A DNA stretch of 64,000 bases, taken from contig CM114271.1 of assembly GCA_050084515.1 (NCBI GenBank), positions 33,604,001-33,668,000 of the forward strand, read 5' to 3'. Made by a program: the position numbers and the translations under genes. Positions within the stretch are counted from its first letter, which is position 1, and the number at the start of each line of letters is the position of its first letter. The notes under the pieces were generated by a model. That model did not search any database. It saw only the letters and a list, made by a program, of their open reading frames with translations, and was not told where the DNA came from. This document shows positions 1 to 15,123 of this stretch, piece by piece. The DNA is from Blasia pusilla (lineage: Eukaryota).

Positions 1-797
1 GTGTGCCATGATCCGGCTCTTGACGACGTTGACTCACGAAACGCGCTGTCGAGGAGTGGTATGGGAAAGCGATCCGTGATGTGTATGGAGCTGTTGGTTG
101 GGCTGTTATAAACTGGATTCGAGAAAAAGGAAAGAAGGGCCGTCGACTCTACAATTGGGGCGTCGAGTCACAGCTCGTACGATGGACGAAGAATCAAAAT
201 AAATGGAGGGTCTTTGAGAATCCGCGAAGTGGACAAGAGGGACGAGAGAAAGTGTAACAGGAAGGCGAGGTCGGGGGGAATCTAAGGTGTAGGAAAAATA
301 CGCAACAGTGCGATTAATTATTCATAGAAAATAGAATTTTTTTTTCTGATTTCAGGGAATAATCGCAGGGCTTCAGAAGCACGTCCATACTTTTCCCCAC
401 TCCCCCCCCTGTGGCGACCTCCTGCACGTCGACCGTCGACGTCCATAGCTTTCGCTCGTGCTCATAACTTTCGAGCTCGATGGCAAGGGGGGGAGGGGGG
501 AATTTATGAGGACACGACTTTGTGAAGTCCCGAAAATATGATCACGTCTGCATACTATCGTGAGTACGAAGAAAGACATCGTCCGGTCGATAAAAGCATA
601 GAGGAGTTCACACGGATTTCGGATGTTCCTACAAGCATCACGTCACAATGTGATGCGCCCGTGCTCGACGGTGATGGGATGCAGATCTGCGATGCGGATG
701 TTGTTCTTGAACGAAGCGAATACCGTTGTCCCTCGAGGATAATCAGCGCCAACTTTTGAGATGGTGCGCGTTCATTGATTCCTGCTACATGGATGTG

Positions 798-819
798 GCT
801 GCTGCTGCTGCTGCTGCTG
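798..819. repeat. (GCT)7 microsatellite
   Basis: Direct reading gctgctgctgctgctgctgctg; a 24-nt poly(A) run follows at 897-920. Confidence 0.85.
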
Positions 820-3381
820 TTGGGGGACATCTCAGGGTAATTTTCTTCTTTCTCACATGAAGCAAATCATTTCTCTGGATTTTCTTCTATACTTAGAAAA
901 AAAAAAAAAAAAAAAAAAAACATTCTTTCCTCGGCCCTAATCTTCGAAACCCCCCTAGGGTTTGTTACGGATGTTCCAAGTTGTTTATGTTTTATCCGGG
1001 TCGCCTAAAAGCGCCGGGAATCACCGCGACGAACCAGAGCATTTTACGAAGCAAGGAAAGGAATTACGAAGCGGAATCGCCTAAAAGCGGACGGAGCGGA
1101 ACATTCGAAAAATTTGAAAGCGAGCGGAACTCGCTCCTCCTCCTCCGTCGTGAAAAGGAACGAAAGAGGCGAGATTAATGGCACGAGCTACTTAAAGTCC
1201 GTCCGTTTAAAGCGGACTCCCTCTGCACTCGCGATTCACAAGTTGACCGGTATCGTGCTCAAAGAGACGAAGCGGATTCCTCAGAAAAGAAGAACGGAAC
1301 GGAACGGAAAGGAAAAGAAAAGGAGGAGGAGGAATCGATGACACGGAAACACGGCTTTTCATGGAGCCGCGCCTCAATAATAATATGTCGAGGGTACAAG
1401 TGCGGATCCCCGTATCAACTTGCATAATATCTTGACGTCCAACGACCGTCTAAGAAAGAGCGACCTATTTCAACGACCGTCTCAGAAAGAGAAGAACGAA
1501 CGATCGGAACCTGCGCATCCGTCCATCCATCCGTCGGACGTACGGAACCTGTAGCGTTTTATTCTCGTCGGTCAGTTTTTGGTTCCCGTCTCTCGAGTCG
1601 AGGGGGAATAGTATACCAAAAGTACAATATTCGATGCTTCCAATGCGATGGCATCTTCTCGCGATTACTTTTTCATTTTTTTTATTTTTAATTGAGATCT
1701 CATGTGGACGGTCGCGATCAAACGCCTCCAACAATTTCTATCATGTTTTAAATGAAAAGTCAGAGGAAAGGAAGGTTTTTATTTTTATTTTTTATCTCTA
1801 CTTTTTAAAGTTACTCATTATACAATACCGCCCTCGTCGAAGTACTTTTGTAACAGTACACTTCACGGAGATATATTATTTAATATCTTATGATTCTTTG
1901 TCAATTTATTCAAATGTTATATATATATATATATATGAATATTTTCCAATTTATCGTGTTTCATGCGTTTAAACAAATTGTTCGACTTTAGAATTTCTTT
2001 TCAATGGCGGTTTTGTTGACTTCAAAATAGAATTGGACATAGAAAATTGCATTATCTCTTACCAAACACACAAAAACTCTTGGAATTTAGGAATTTTTTG
2101 AAACAAAGTACACGTGATTAAAAAAGGAGATAAATATGTCCTACCTGAAAGAAAAAATCAAAGGAGACATTTTCCTCTCTAATTTATTAAAATCGTGAAG
2201 GTGTTTGTCTTTCCGATAACCAAAGATGATTATTAAATTCCTTAGTTTTATATTGTGTATCAGCTTCATAATGTTGTATCCTTGCATGATATATTATAAA
2301 AATCCGCCAGTTTTCATTTTTTTATTCATGTATATTACAGCAATTGGAACATGATGTAGTTCAAGAGAGTGGTGAAATTATCCGCATATGGATGGCTATG
2401 GGGGCTATAGTTCTTTTTCGCTTTCTTTGTGTTTTTTGCTTTAATTATCATGGTTTATTTTAATGAAGCAAGTACAAGTACAATTATGCATGATGCTGGT
2501 TACTTGTAGATGAAGATTTCCTCTACCATATCTAAGGGAAGGATAGCACTTGTAGGTGTGGAGTGCTTAGAGTTACTCCAACACAATAAGTAAGTCCACC
2601 ATCTTTCCTCCCATTAGAGCCATTACTACATTAAGAAAATAATAACATCATCATGTCATGAGTCATACTTGATGGTGGATGTCCTCTATTAGACCCCATC
2701 ATGAAAAATGAGGTTATACATGTGGAACACTCAACATTCCAAAAGTTGTGAGAAATAAGACTTCAAGTCAAGGTTCAACATAATATTCGAGATGGAATTT
2801 TTGGGATTTAAAAAAATAGAATATTTGGGTTTTTGGTTTGCATATAGCTAAAAATAGGTTCTATGTCAATGATGGGATGTCCCCAAAAAAAATTGGGATC
2901 GAATATGCAATAAGATTTGAACAAAAAAAAAAAACCGGATTAGGTTTATGCAAAACCTTGCTTAAAGTATTTTGCCATTAAATATCCAAATTCTAAAATT
3001 TTGACATTCAAAACATCGATTTCTATTCATAACTAGCAAATATATTATATATCTTTATCTTTGTATATGGTGAGGATTGTGGTAGTCCAAATATGGAAAT
3101 CCTTATCCCATTGTGAATGAAATATTTCATATCGACCCTCCATGTACTCATTGTACTCCCATTCTGAGCTTCCCTCTAGACTTAGAGCACATAATTGGAC
3201 ATCATCTAACAATGTTTTCGGATTGGATAAGATTTCCACTAATTTATTTACAGTGGATACTTATAATGACAAGTTGATAATATCATTGCTACTCATAAAA
3301 GGAAGAAAAACTTTACAAGAGGGATGAGTATGGAGATTTTTTCATTTATTTTTATTCAAGTGGGGTATTAAGGGGGAGGAA

Positions 3382-3665
3382 CAGGGTTGCACACGGCTAA
3401 AGTCCATGTCTATGCGGGCTTGGGTATCCGCGGCCCGCCCATGGAGCCAGCCAAGCCCGTAGCAGGAAGTCGGGAATCGGGATGGCCGAGCTCGCACCGG
3501 TCTTGAGACGAGTTGCTAGGCCCATGGGGCTCACAAATTACGGGCTTGGCTGCGGGCCACAAAACCGGCACGAGCTCGGCCAACCCGGGTACTCGCTACG
3601 GGCTTGGGGGGCTTGGATGCGGACCGCGGGTATCCGGGCGGCATGTCCATTTCCGTGCAACCTTG
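3382..3665. mobile_element. Non-autonomous hAT-type DNA transposon (MITE), 284 bp
   Basis: Termini CAGGGTTGCAC...GTGCAACCTTG (10/11 inverted match), flanked by a perfect 8-bp TSD GGGAGGAA at 3374-3381 and 3666-3673. An 8-bp TSD with CAGGG termini is typical of hAT. Confidence 0.88.
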
Positions 3666-5519
3666 GGGAGGAAGTGGGGTTGGACGGAGGAGGAAACATG
3701 AAAGTATAGAATACTTAGACACATGGGGGAATGAGAAAGAAAGGAAAGGTGGGGCCCACATAAACAAGTCCTTTCATAGGACGCGGTTGTTAGTGCAGGC
3801 ATGGATACCTGCCTCCGACAATCTCAACCCACACCCGTTCCGACACGGGCCACTGGTGAACCGAAAAAAACCCCACCGGAGACCCGTTGGACGAACATGT
3901 CCGTTTCTGACTTTCCGTGCAAAGACAGAGTCAAAGACACAGACTTTGCAATATGAATTAGAGATCTTCATATACATTATCATATGTATGTATCGTTTTC
4001 ATGGTTGAATATGGTTTCTAGATTTGTGAGTTGTGTAATATAATGATGACCCATTTATTATAGTAGATCACAAGGAGTTGAAGTAAATTATGTAGAATTT
4101 ACTTTATCACCACAATTGTATTATATAGTCCTCTTTGTAGGAACCGAACGTAAGAACACCTAGGAAAGGCCTAAAAAATAGGACATTCCTTAGAATAATA
4201 TATTTAAGATTCAAAGGCCCAAGTGGCATTAGAAACTATGAAGGCATTTTAATGTGTCCATAAGACACATAGGAGATTACGACTTCTCAAAGAGTACTAC
4301 TCAACATGTGACTCATTTGTAAAGTAATAATTTGCCTCATAAAATGAAAACTACAAAAGACTTGATGTAATGTTGTATATATCCCTGAAGTTATGTTAAG
4401 AGTGTGTTGTGATATGGAGACGAGATGGGAGAGTAGAAGATATAAAATGAAATAACTATGATCAATTCATGTCATAACTTTCCATTATATATTCCAATGA
4501 AGAATTTTCATCTCTCCCTCCTCATGATCTCCTCGAGTGTCTCCCTCACCTCGTCAATCAATTTCCTCAAGAGTCCATACATAAGCTCCTTATCAAATAG
4601 AATTCAATCATGTTCTCCTTCTGATCGTCTATTTCTTGACTACTCTCTCCAACTATTTGAGGATCCACTATTTGAGGCACATATTTTCATCATCTCAATT
4701 CCTTTTCCTTGGAGTGATTTCTCCCTACCATAACCTTGCTGTCCAACACCTCCCAAATTTGGGTGTCATACATCTCATATAATTTCGTACATCCAAACAT
4801 TACTATGGAAACCATCCACATATCCACCATCATCTTTGATCAATCATGTTTGGGATCTTGCAAATGGGAAAAGAGAAAATAAAACTTCTTGCAACTTCTT
4901 CGAATACCATACAATGTAGTTTGTGGTAAGGTACTAGGTGCAACTTCTTGATTTACATCTAAACCTCCGAAGTGTTCCACCCTGACGAGAAAGAGGGAGA
5001 CTTGGAAAGTTTGGAATAGCCGCGGACATCTCGAGTTCAAACCACTTTTAAGCCGGGGTGCATGGCAAACAATGGACTTTGCAAGAGATTAGAGAAAATT
5101 TGCTAAAACCCTAGAGACATAGAGCGGGTGTTTTGAGAGTACAAGGACTCGTCATAAAAAACTGCCGTATGACCTTTCCAGGTACTTCATCTTTGAATAA
5201 AGACCTGACTTTTGAACCAAGGAAACGCCACGCCAAAAACATATAGACCGCTTATGTCTCATGGTCTTGCATGGGGTGAAAGTTCGCGGAGTAAAGAGAT
5301 TCTGAGGAGGCATAACTGGAGCTTTATTTCATGGTTTCTATTAGTGGTCTAAATTGACAGACCTCCCAAAGGTGGAACAGAGAAGATCATTCAGGAAAGC
5401 ATGTGATCTGAATGGCATCACATGATCTATTGGCAAATTCAACTGAATGAAGTGATCGATAATAGAGAGATGTGTAGAGATCCTTCTTACCTCCAGAATT
5501 TCGGCTCAAATGCTGGTTA

Positions 5520-8500
5520 TCATGGTTTCTTGTCAAGTACAAGCTTTCTGAAGTCTTGTAAACGTTCAAGGGCTTGCAGGAAATCTTCCTCCGTCACAGA
5601 TATGACAAAACGAGAATATTTGGGCAGGCCAATCCACGAGCTGCTGCTAACTTGAAGTCCAGTGGTCTCTAATAAAACGTCTTTGATGTTGTTGCTGTCT
5701 AGTTTGACCTCCTTAGATGCACCATCTGGACTTATATATGAGACAACTTTCCCTTCATAAGCCGTTGGTGAAGCCACCATAGAAATACCACCGGCGGGCA
5801 TAATGGTCTTCCACCCACATTCCAAAAGTACCTGCCAATATAAGAAGAGAGTCTGTGAGGCTGGCTGATGGACATGGCAAAGAAAGTATGTTAATTTGGA
5901 GATGGACAATCCTAGCAAACGCTTTCAAGAATTGTCATAGCCCTATTGATTCTTTATCCTCGGCATGCTGTGTTAGAATTTCAAGCATAAAGAGAATTAT
6001 AATGGCTGGCTCATAATTCTTTGCAGCGGTCCAAAAAGTTCCCAGGAATGGTTTCAGGAGGAGAATTGACAACATGAAAATACGACTCATGGTGGGATTG
6101 TGACCTTACAACCAATCATGGTGTCGTTTGAACATGAGATATGGACAATATTGAGGCTGAAGAAACGAACCAACCCACTTAAAAACGGAGGAAGGGGATG
6201 CGAAATTTGACCATCCCATGAACTCACTCTGCTTTCATGAAAAGGAGAAGAAAATAAACGGCATGAGGTTTCTGAAGTGAAAGACCTCATCTTTGTTCCA
6301 AAAGCTGACTGGTACATTTCTCAAAGAGGCGGAAGTGGATTCCTTGGAAAAGTAAACCAAACGCTGATTTAAGAGACTTCAGAGTTGGAATGTGGAAAGT
6401 TCTCACAGTGAGAGACAAAGATCATTTATACACTGAAGTTAAGAGGAGTTCAGAGGATATTGATGATGAAAGCTTTTCAATCCCAGATTCCATAAGAGGA
6501 TTGGAAGGAACTTCTTTTACAGAGTGCTTTTGTTGAGTTTACTTTATTAGCGTAATTGTGAATCTTTCTTGTTAACGTTCTTCCAGTTTGACTGGGTAGG
6601 GTTGCCTAAACCTAACTTGAATGAGGTTTCCTTAATAAAGCTCAGCCCCTTGGTACTTTGAGGTTAATCCTCTAAACTTAAAATATTGCAGTTCAAGTTC
6701 AAGTTTTGTTGATGGAGACCCAAAAAACAAAACAGTTCATTCACTCAGTCCTTTCCCTAGGTATGTGGCATCGAGATATTAGTGGAAGCCTTCACTTTCT
6801 CCTAGGAGAAGATCACAGTGCAAGGAATTACTGATGTAGACAAATGAAGTCTTCAGATTATTTACTTGCGTTTTCAGTGCATTTCAGAGGAGTGGCTTTA
6901 GAAATAGAAATCAGCATTGGAACCTTGTAGTGCCTTTCAAATAAAATGTCATTCAGTTGTACAAGGAGACTTCTTCAGCAACAACCAGAATTGATATGGA
7001 TAAGTCCATTAGAATAGTTTCCTGATCAGCTATCAGGTCCAAGTTTTGAGTTCTGGTGTGTCAATCAAAACAGACAGCAGTCTGTCGAGAATGCAGTACA
7101 TTCCAAGACACAAGACATGTGCACTGCATTGTGTAAAAAAATCAGGTAGGAACTATGTTGAATAGGTATGGACTACTGTTGATCCTGCCCTGACATAGTA
7201 CTGTAGGGAAGATGGGCGTAAATAGAAAGTTATAACTCAAGTGTCTAAATTTATTTATAACCATACTAGGGGAATGAAGTTAATCAGCCCTGCTTCCTAG
7301 GGTTCGTTTTTTTTAGGGCAGCCACCATCTAGCTACGCAGCCTTTGGTTGCCCGTCCCCTTTCCTTTCCCTGTTTCTCCTCCAAGGTAACTAGCACTGTC
7401 CAACCAGAGCACAGGGTCTATAGTCGCAAGGCTGCAACAGGCGCTGCTTAATGAGTACAGTCTCCTCCAAGGCCTGTTGTGCTAGTGCTATTATGCTCTA
7501 TTATTCACTTCATTGATCATATTCAATTTATTTACAAGGAGGCTGCGGCAGTAAGGTACTGAGTGTTCAGCCCGTTTTTCTACCCGTCCCTCCTGTGTAT
7601 GACATCGACATAGCTTGTGTTGCAATTACTTCTTGTCCCAAGATTAGCTGAAGTGCTCTTAGTGTGTCTTCTCTATCTGCTGGGAGGTTGAGAGGGTGAA
7701 ATCGCGCAGGTAGCTGGCCTAAACGTGGCCTTAAGACTCTTGTTACTTGCTGATTCAGTAATGCTGGGAGCTAAGTACGGTGCAGCTTCCTTTGTCTCAA
7801 CATTGTCTTAGTCCCTCAACTCTCTAGTCTCTGAATACACTCATTACCCAAACTCTGCCCTCAGTCATCCATGTCATATGTATAAAGTGAACCAAACGAT
7901 TAAGGTTAGCATACACACAGGAACTAAGGGATGGACAAGAGCAGCATAGAGTTGATTTCAGCAAGAAATGAATACAGTTGCCCATTGGAGGGTGCCTGAC
8001 ATAATCTTCCCACCGGTCAAAGAGAAAAGAGACAAGAAAACTAATGGAATTCCTTTGCTTAATTTTTCTTTTTGGGACTTACGGATCACAGAGGAGGTAT
8101 GATTATTGAATAATTGCTGCCAGTAAGGAGAAAAAAATCAATCAATGGTGTGCTTGGGGAATCACACATCGAATCTTTACAGAGAAGAAATGGCTGGGAA
8201 AGTCACAGTACCTTTTGTAAAGCGTCTGCTCTCACTTTCAAAGTCTTCTTATGTAACACGAGATGGTGAAATAATTCACCCGCGCTGTCGTCCAACATAT
8301 TTAGCAGCTTCTTGATTGAGTATTTCAAAGTGCCATGTGGCTTGTTCATGTTTGGGGACTCTTTGAAAGCTTCGATGAAAAATGGATCCCTAATTGCTGC
8401 AAATGCACACTCAATACCTCCAGTGAGCAATTGATGGGAAAATCCCCCAATAAGAGCCACTTCACATGACTCGCTGTCGTCGCTTATGACTTCTCCCAGA

Positions 8501-11500
8501 TTCCATGCACAGGGTCTATCATATTCCACCCATGAATAAGAACTGTCTATGATAACGCGTGCCCCATGTCTATTACATGCCATTAAAATTGAGCATATTT
8601 CACTCTGACTATATGTGAGTCCTGTAGGCACAATGGTGGGGCCAGATATGTACAACCAAGGTTTATGGACAGTCCCCAACAACTCATCCACAGAGTGCCC
8701 TGTGAGCTTGAAATCATCATTAGGTTCTGTGGAAAGCTCTTTCACATTTGCCCTCAGGAATTTCGCAGCAGAGATAAAGGTTGCATTTGAACCTGTAGGA
8801 AAGCATAGAGTGCCTCCTTCTTCCACACAAACCAGCACAAGCTTTGTAAAGAGAGCTATTGCACTGGTGCTCAAAACAAGATCCTTCGAAGAGAAACCAC
8901 AGTTACTTTTGATAAAATTGTGTATCTGTGGTCTTGGGTCCATTTCAGCCTCAGCAATGTTTTGTCGAGCAAATCCTTCAAATATAGCCACTTTAACAAC
9001 AGGTGAAATTGGAAGAGCACACTCTTCGCTATGAAGGTCCAAGATTTTGGTATTTTTTAGTTGACAACTCGATGTTCCTGGTTGACATATTGTTGTGATT
9101 GTGTTCCCGGCAAAGTGAATAAATCCCGATTCCTCATCTTCCTTCATGGGTAACCTCTGAAAGAATTAAAAAATGAACATCCAATCCATAGAGTGAGTGG
9201 CTCCTAATAAGAGACTAAGTTTTAGATCTCAATGGCAGGATAGAAATTGGATCTCCAAGATCAGGACAATCTAAGCCAGAAATTTCCTTTGTGGGCATTA
9301 TCATTATCATCTTGAAGAGTTTGTGACCAATGCATTGAATGAGGAGCTCTCCAAGAAATCAGACTTCAGAATACTGACAATCTCCTCAAATCCTGGATTT
9401 ACTAAAAGAATAGAGCTGTAATTCATGCATCCGTGATCTTTCTAGGAGCTGTTCACTTCGAAGAAAACAGAGATAGATTTAGAACGAGGCAACATACCTG
9501 TATTGTGGTGTGTCGATCAGGAAGTTGAAAGCTCAATAACTCATGAAAAAGGCACCCATAATAATACTGACTGGATAGAGGTGTAGGGCCACAAGTAAGC
9601 TCGCTGGATTTTGCCACGGCAGTCAAAAGATCTTGGTTCTCTGAAATGAGAAAGGCAACTTCCAAATCTGAGTAAACCTGGGAATCCCACAACCACATCA
9701 AAAATTAATCACCGGCAGTCATCTAAGAAACCTTTCAGACTACCACAGTGCCTGCCAGAACCTTACATCACATGAAAAGCAGCCATGGGTGTAAGCCACA
9801 GTGTTGCACTGTGGTTTTGCCAACACTGCAGGTTGTAGCTCCATGAAACTAAATTTGACTCCAGAGCCCAAAAAAATCAAATAGAAGCAGTCAATAAACG
9901 AGATAATGAGAAAGTGACAGCCATGAAAAATTCAAACACAAAACAAGATCTGCCAAAATTGCTAAAGCAATCATTTCTTTTACTGACCTGATTCTTTACA
10001 AGACCACAGATTATTGAGGCGTGAATTGGGAGAGGTCTAGAAGCCATATATTGGAGAACGCCATTAGTACCAGGCAGACTTGAAAGCTCAACGTGATCGG
10101 ATATATCTAAGAAAAGGCGTGCATTGACTTTTGCTGAAGCTTCAAGTAATTGCTCAAAAGCAGTTGACGTCTGCATTTCAAAAGCTGCTAAAGTAGTTAT
10201 TACAATCTGAGGCTTCAAGGTATTTAAAAGCTGTGTTACAAGGTCCGTCCGTTGTGGTGCTTCTATAACTGAGATAGGATCACCATGTACGATGCCTGGT
10301 GAAGTCTTTGCAGTCAAGTTCTCCTGTAGAAGAGACAATATGACGAATTATAAGCTTTATTGTTGCATTCAACTCCCATGGCATTCGTCCGATACTTTCC
10401 ATTTTGTAAAGCAACCCCAAAAGCCATGTGTCTTGACTCACTGAACCAAACTGCAGGCAAACACCCACTTGCAAACTTATTTTTCCAGGTTAGAAGAAAG
10501 TTACACGAGTATTTGACCAGAATGCGCGAACCCAACAATAAAAAAATGCTGGGAGTTTCTAATGCCTTAGGATGCTTAACCAGTACTGGGAAAATATTGC
10601 TCTACAGCAAAATAGGCTGGTGCTCAATCCTCTTGCAAACAAGTATTTATGACGTTGACCAACTTCAATCTCAGGTAATCACACCAGGACAAGAAGAATG
10701 ACATACTTCAGATCGCAAGGTAGTGATCCACTTATTTGGCAGCCATTTTGTGAGACTTGCATCAACAAGAGCAAGCTTTGGTGAAAAGAGACGTAACACA
10801 TTCTCAAGCGCTATGGATCTTGAAGGCAGTATAGCCACACTCTGCATCCAGATACAAAGGACAATTGACGTACGTGAGGAAAAGGCAACAGCAACCACAA
10901 TTAGAATCACATTACCTCAGTTTGCACACTAAGAGAAATAAGGAAGTTAACTGCTATCTTGCTTTGCCTACACTGCTCACAACTCCATAAAAGTACATCC
11001 ACCAAAATGACATAGTCAAGCTCGGATGACAAGATGAAATCATTTGAACATTTTACTACTTTAAAGTACTTACTGCCGGAGTGATAGGTATCCGATGGTA
11101 GTTTCGGAAGAAGCTTGCAATCAGGTCGCGGAATAATGTGTTGCCTGTAGGTAGCTCTAGAGGAAAGTAAGAAAGGCCTGTCAGCATGCTTGCAAGGTGT
11201 GCAAGGAAAGCAATCTTCTCATCAGCCACAGCATCTTCCTTGAATGATAAGTCCAGAGCACTCCGGGTCTCTTCGAAGCCATCACTCAAAAACTTGAAGA
11301 TTGTCTTCACCTGAGAATGACCAAAGAAAGTTGGCAGAACCTTTCAAGTATCCACTCCAATATGACATCGCTGCAAGTCAATTTACATTGAACGGCATCC
11401 ATAATAGGGCATTCAATAAATATTATTTCCTGCTTGCACCTGGTAACCTTCTGGTTACATATCCACAAATGCAATGCAGGCAGAAGAAACTCTGGAAGAG

Positions 11501-14325
11501 TTGACAGCCAGGTGGTCAAGGAGTGGCAATACTACTTCAACCATCAGGGCTTACAGTCCCATGGATGCAGTAGATTGACAGCAGAAATAACTCCTGACAA
11601 TTCTGAACAAATAAAAGACAAAATGATCACCAGCGATAATTTCAAGCTCATATCCTATGGCTTACAAAGTGTTCAATTGAGAGTACAAACATGCACTGGG
11701 AGCTTTTCCTACAATGACGAAACCTTCCATTTATCATAACCAGTCAAGCTTGTCATGCCACTCAAAGCTAAGAGCAGTGAAGAAATATTTCAAACAGATT
11801 GTTTCTTCTTGAACATTGATCAGCCTATTTGCATTTCAGTAAAGGGATTTCAGCTTTCACTCGAGGGGGTCATACCTGTTTTGGCTGCCTCAACCGACAT
11901 TCATACACAGACAAGCCATGAGCAATCTCTCCTCCTGCTTTGGCATATACATATGCTGTACGAGCACTGATGGTTCCATCACAAACACGCCCCATAAAAA
12001 ATTCGAAATGGTGGCGACTGTTTTTCTCAATTTCGACAAGGGCTAAAATGTCTGTATCCGCTGCCTGCAACAGAAAGAAACATCTAAGCTTTCTACAGTC
12101 TAGTAGCCCTGTGCTCATTTTCATGAAAATCATCTGAAGAAATTTTGTTGAGACCATTAAGTTTTTAATGTAGACAATTAGCAAATATGAAAGCAAACAA
12201 ATATTGGCTCACTTTAAGCACTGTTACCTGGTTGACTCTAGTCTGCCACAGTTTGTTGATATGAAATCCTCTTCTTCGAAACAATCGTTCACAGACAGCT
12301 TGCCCTGGACGGCCACCGATGTTGAAAATCATGGCACCATTTGGTCGGAGAAGAGCTATACCTTCTTCTGCAGCTCTTGCTACAAGCCCAAGTCCAAATT
12401 GATCTTCAACAAAACCCTGACAACATAATACCAGGATAGAGGGATAACAAAACACTTAAGATACTTCCAAAGCCCGTGTTACATTGTTTCCAACAAAAGC
12501 AGGTCATTGCATTTTCCAGGTGAAAGAAGGCAACCTGAGCATTTGCTTGATAATGAACTTAATGATGTGGGTTTCAGGACATGTAGTACAGTGTCATTGT
12601 TTCCCTGTGCCTTATTGGAAATGCCAAGTTCATACCTGAAGTCCACAATAGTTGCTGAGAGAGTACAGAAAGTCCTCACTTGCATTCTCTGACACAATTT
12701 TGAGCATTGCCTCAGGATCCGGATTGAGAACCTGTTCAGAGCAAAAGTAAATGACTTTGTACCAGGTCTGATCCTCACTATCCCCACCGACCAGAATTTG
12801 ATGTCTTCGCTAAAATCACCTAGGCTGGTGCAGGATTGACCTACCTCTTAACCGGTGGAATGGTGACAAGTAATATGGCATATTTTCTTGAGATAACTGG
12901 AGCATTCAGCAGTTTCTCCCACATACTCATCTTTCCACAATTATCTTGTATAGAGAAGCTAATATAGTATTATACCTGGGGTATGCAGCCCACGATGCGG
13001 TCCAGCATAATGTTGTTGTCTCTACAGTATCCAAGCAAATCTGATTCATGAAATTCCACCCGATCAATCAAGGTCTTGCCTTCATGATCAAGAATTGGTG
13101 AACCATCTCCAGCAAGTGCATTTAGATAGAGATTGATCCAAGCAACTCTGATGGCTCTTGGATTGATGTCCAACCCATAGACCTGCAAGTGTTACAGATA
13201 CGTACATCTAGGATATCAGTTAACAACTTCAACATGGCCACAAATATGCAGCAGACCTGTAGACCAGGGGTTGTTCAACACAATCTTTTTAATGCGTACA
13301 AAATGAGGAACAGTAACCTGACCACCCCCAGATCTCTCTGACAACCATGAGAAAATGTCACCACAGTTAAGGTATGTTCAATTTCACGCTTGCAGAGTTT
13401 CAAATTTCACAAGTGGGAGAGAAACACAGACACAGACGGCATCCACATGCGGGCGTTGAGATTCATTAGGCAAATGACAAGGACAAGATACTGCAAGAGT
13501 GGCGTACCAGTAAGAATAAAAATTCATACCATGGATTGATAGTAAGACATAGACAAAATCCCAATTTTTTTAAGAGACAGTAAATGTGTGCATCACGCAA
13601 GAAGTCATGAGAAAGCCAGAAGAATGGACTTGCCTTTCTAGGAGGCCATCTCTGAGCAAGAGCAATAGAAATCCAACCATTTCCACACCCAAGTTCCACA
13701 ACATCCCGGTCCTGAAATCCACTCTCTGAATGCCTGTTGAGACCCTCAAAAAATGTGAAAGACCAATCTTCAGGTATAAAAATGCTAGGAAGTTCTAGCA
13801 ATTTGATCTTTTGTCCATTTTCTCCTGTGACACAGAGCACCAAAATTTCTGAGCAATTATACGCTGAAACACCACCTGATGTGCATATCATATGTCCTAT
13901 GATAAAACAAAGAGCTTCATAAGCCCCGCTGTTGGTAGAGAGTTAGTTTTCGATAGGACTCAGTCAATAGCTACGATTCTCATTCCGAGACATATATTGC
14001 TTTATCTCGACGAGCTAACCACCTTAAACCAAAATGCTAACTGAGTCAATGCGACAAATTCAGCTTCGACGTCTGTCGAATCCATGAACATACCTTCTCG
14101 GCCCGTTAGAGAGAGATCATGAATTCGAAAATGATGCGTAGAAAGGGTGTTCGCGCCTGGCAGCTCGGCATTGACGTATGTCTCTACGCGCTCAAGAAAG
14201 ATTCTAGCTTCCGCCCGTGTTTCGACATTTTCCAATTTCAGCAAGACGTTCTTAAGCGCCCCGTACGCCTTGTCCCCTGACTCTTTGCACTCCGACAGAA
14301 ACTCTTGTACATCCTGATCGCCCAT
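5520..14325 (-). CDS. MMT1: Methionine S-methyltransferase (N-terminal SAM methyltransferase plus C-terminal PLP-aminotransferase-like domain), 12 exons, about 1082 aa
   Basis: Exons in minus-strand order: 14325-14094, 13824-13634, 13182-12976, 12731-12636, 12416-12228, 12064-11876, 11310-11074, 10841-10707, 10323-9988, 9677-9498, 9156-8212, 5831-5520. Total 3249 nt with consistent phases. Motifs LPSIFIPEDWSFTFFEGL, VELGCGNGWISIA, VYGLDINPRA, DRIVGCIPQ, GFVEDQFGLGL and AADTDILALVEIEK match plant MMT. Confidence 0.95.
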
Positions 14326-15123
14326 CCTAGAGAATTTCCTTTTGACTCAATCTAAGGAAATGCAGCAAACACGGTAAAGAATCAGTGCGGATCCGAGATG
14401 CAAAAGGTCGAAATCTCCAACTACAGCACGGATTTGATCAATTACTCAAGTCATCCACACCAACAGCTTGTGAGCGATGGGCAGCACCTACGCTAGCCGC
14501 AGCAAAAGCAAGAAAAGTTCAAATTTCAAAGATATCTGACCTCTGCAATTCTCGAGAATGTGAAGAGCTGACGGCACACAGAGCTGTCCCAATCCACTCA
14601 CGAAGCTCTGCAAATTCACTCCAAGAAAGGAATTGGAGAACGGCTTGGGACAAGAACACTCAAGAAGCAACAAAATCCCCACCACAGACGGTCTCCTCCG
14701 CCTCAGACACCATAAGTCGCTTCGCTTCCCCGCACATCTATGTATAATCTCCTCCTGGATCGGCTAATTTCTCAATTTAAACCCGAGACAGCGCTTTTCT
14801 GTCATCCACTATGTAACCAATAGCGTTCGTACTCTCGTCTTCCTCCCGAAAGCGCAACAGTGAACCACTGTAACTATATCCCGGGGCATTGCTCGGGACT
14901 TTCGCTTTTAGACCTGCGCCCTTTCTTTCCTTTCGTTTCTTTACTTGGGAGAGTGTACATATATCTGCCAAAGTCCAAAGTAAAATGTGAGGACGTTGAT
15001 AATTGTTTGTTTCATCTTTGGGTTATTAATTTATATTGTTATTGGAGAGTGTTTTTTTAAAATTTGCAATCACTTTTTATTTGACATATGGTAATGGAAA
15101 AAAAAAAGTTTCATCCTATGTCG

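Noticed and set aside
1-1760. GC-rich region with many short ORFs and a possible TGTTAC...GTAACA LTR (963-1855)
   Set aside because: The flanks (gggtt/gtaca) do not form a TSD, and the ORFs are low-complexity with no recognisable domain.
5832-8211. Unusually long last MMT intron (2380 bp) hiding a TE or ncRNA
   Set aside because: I found no termini, TSD, snoRNA box pair or meaningful ORF.
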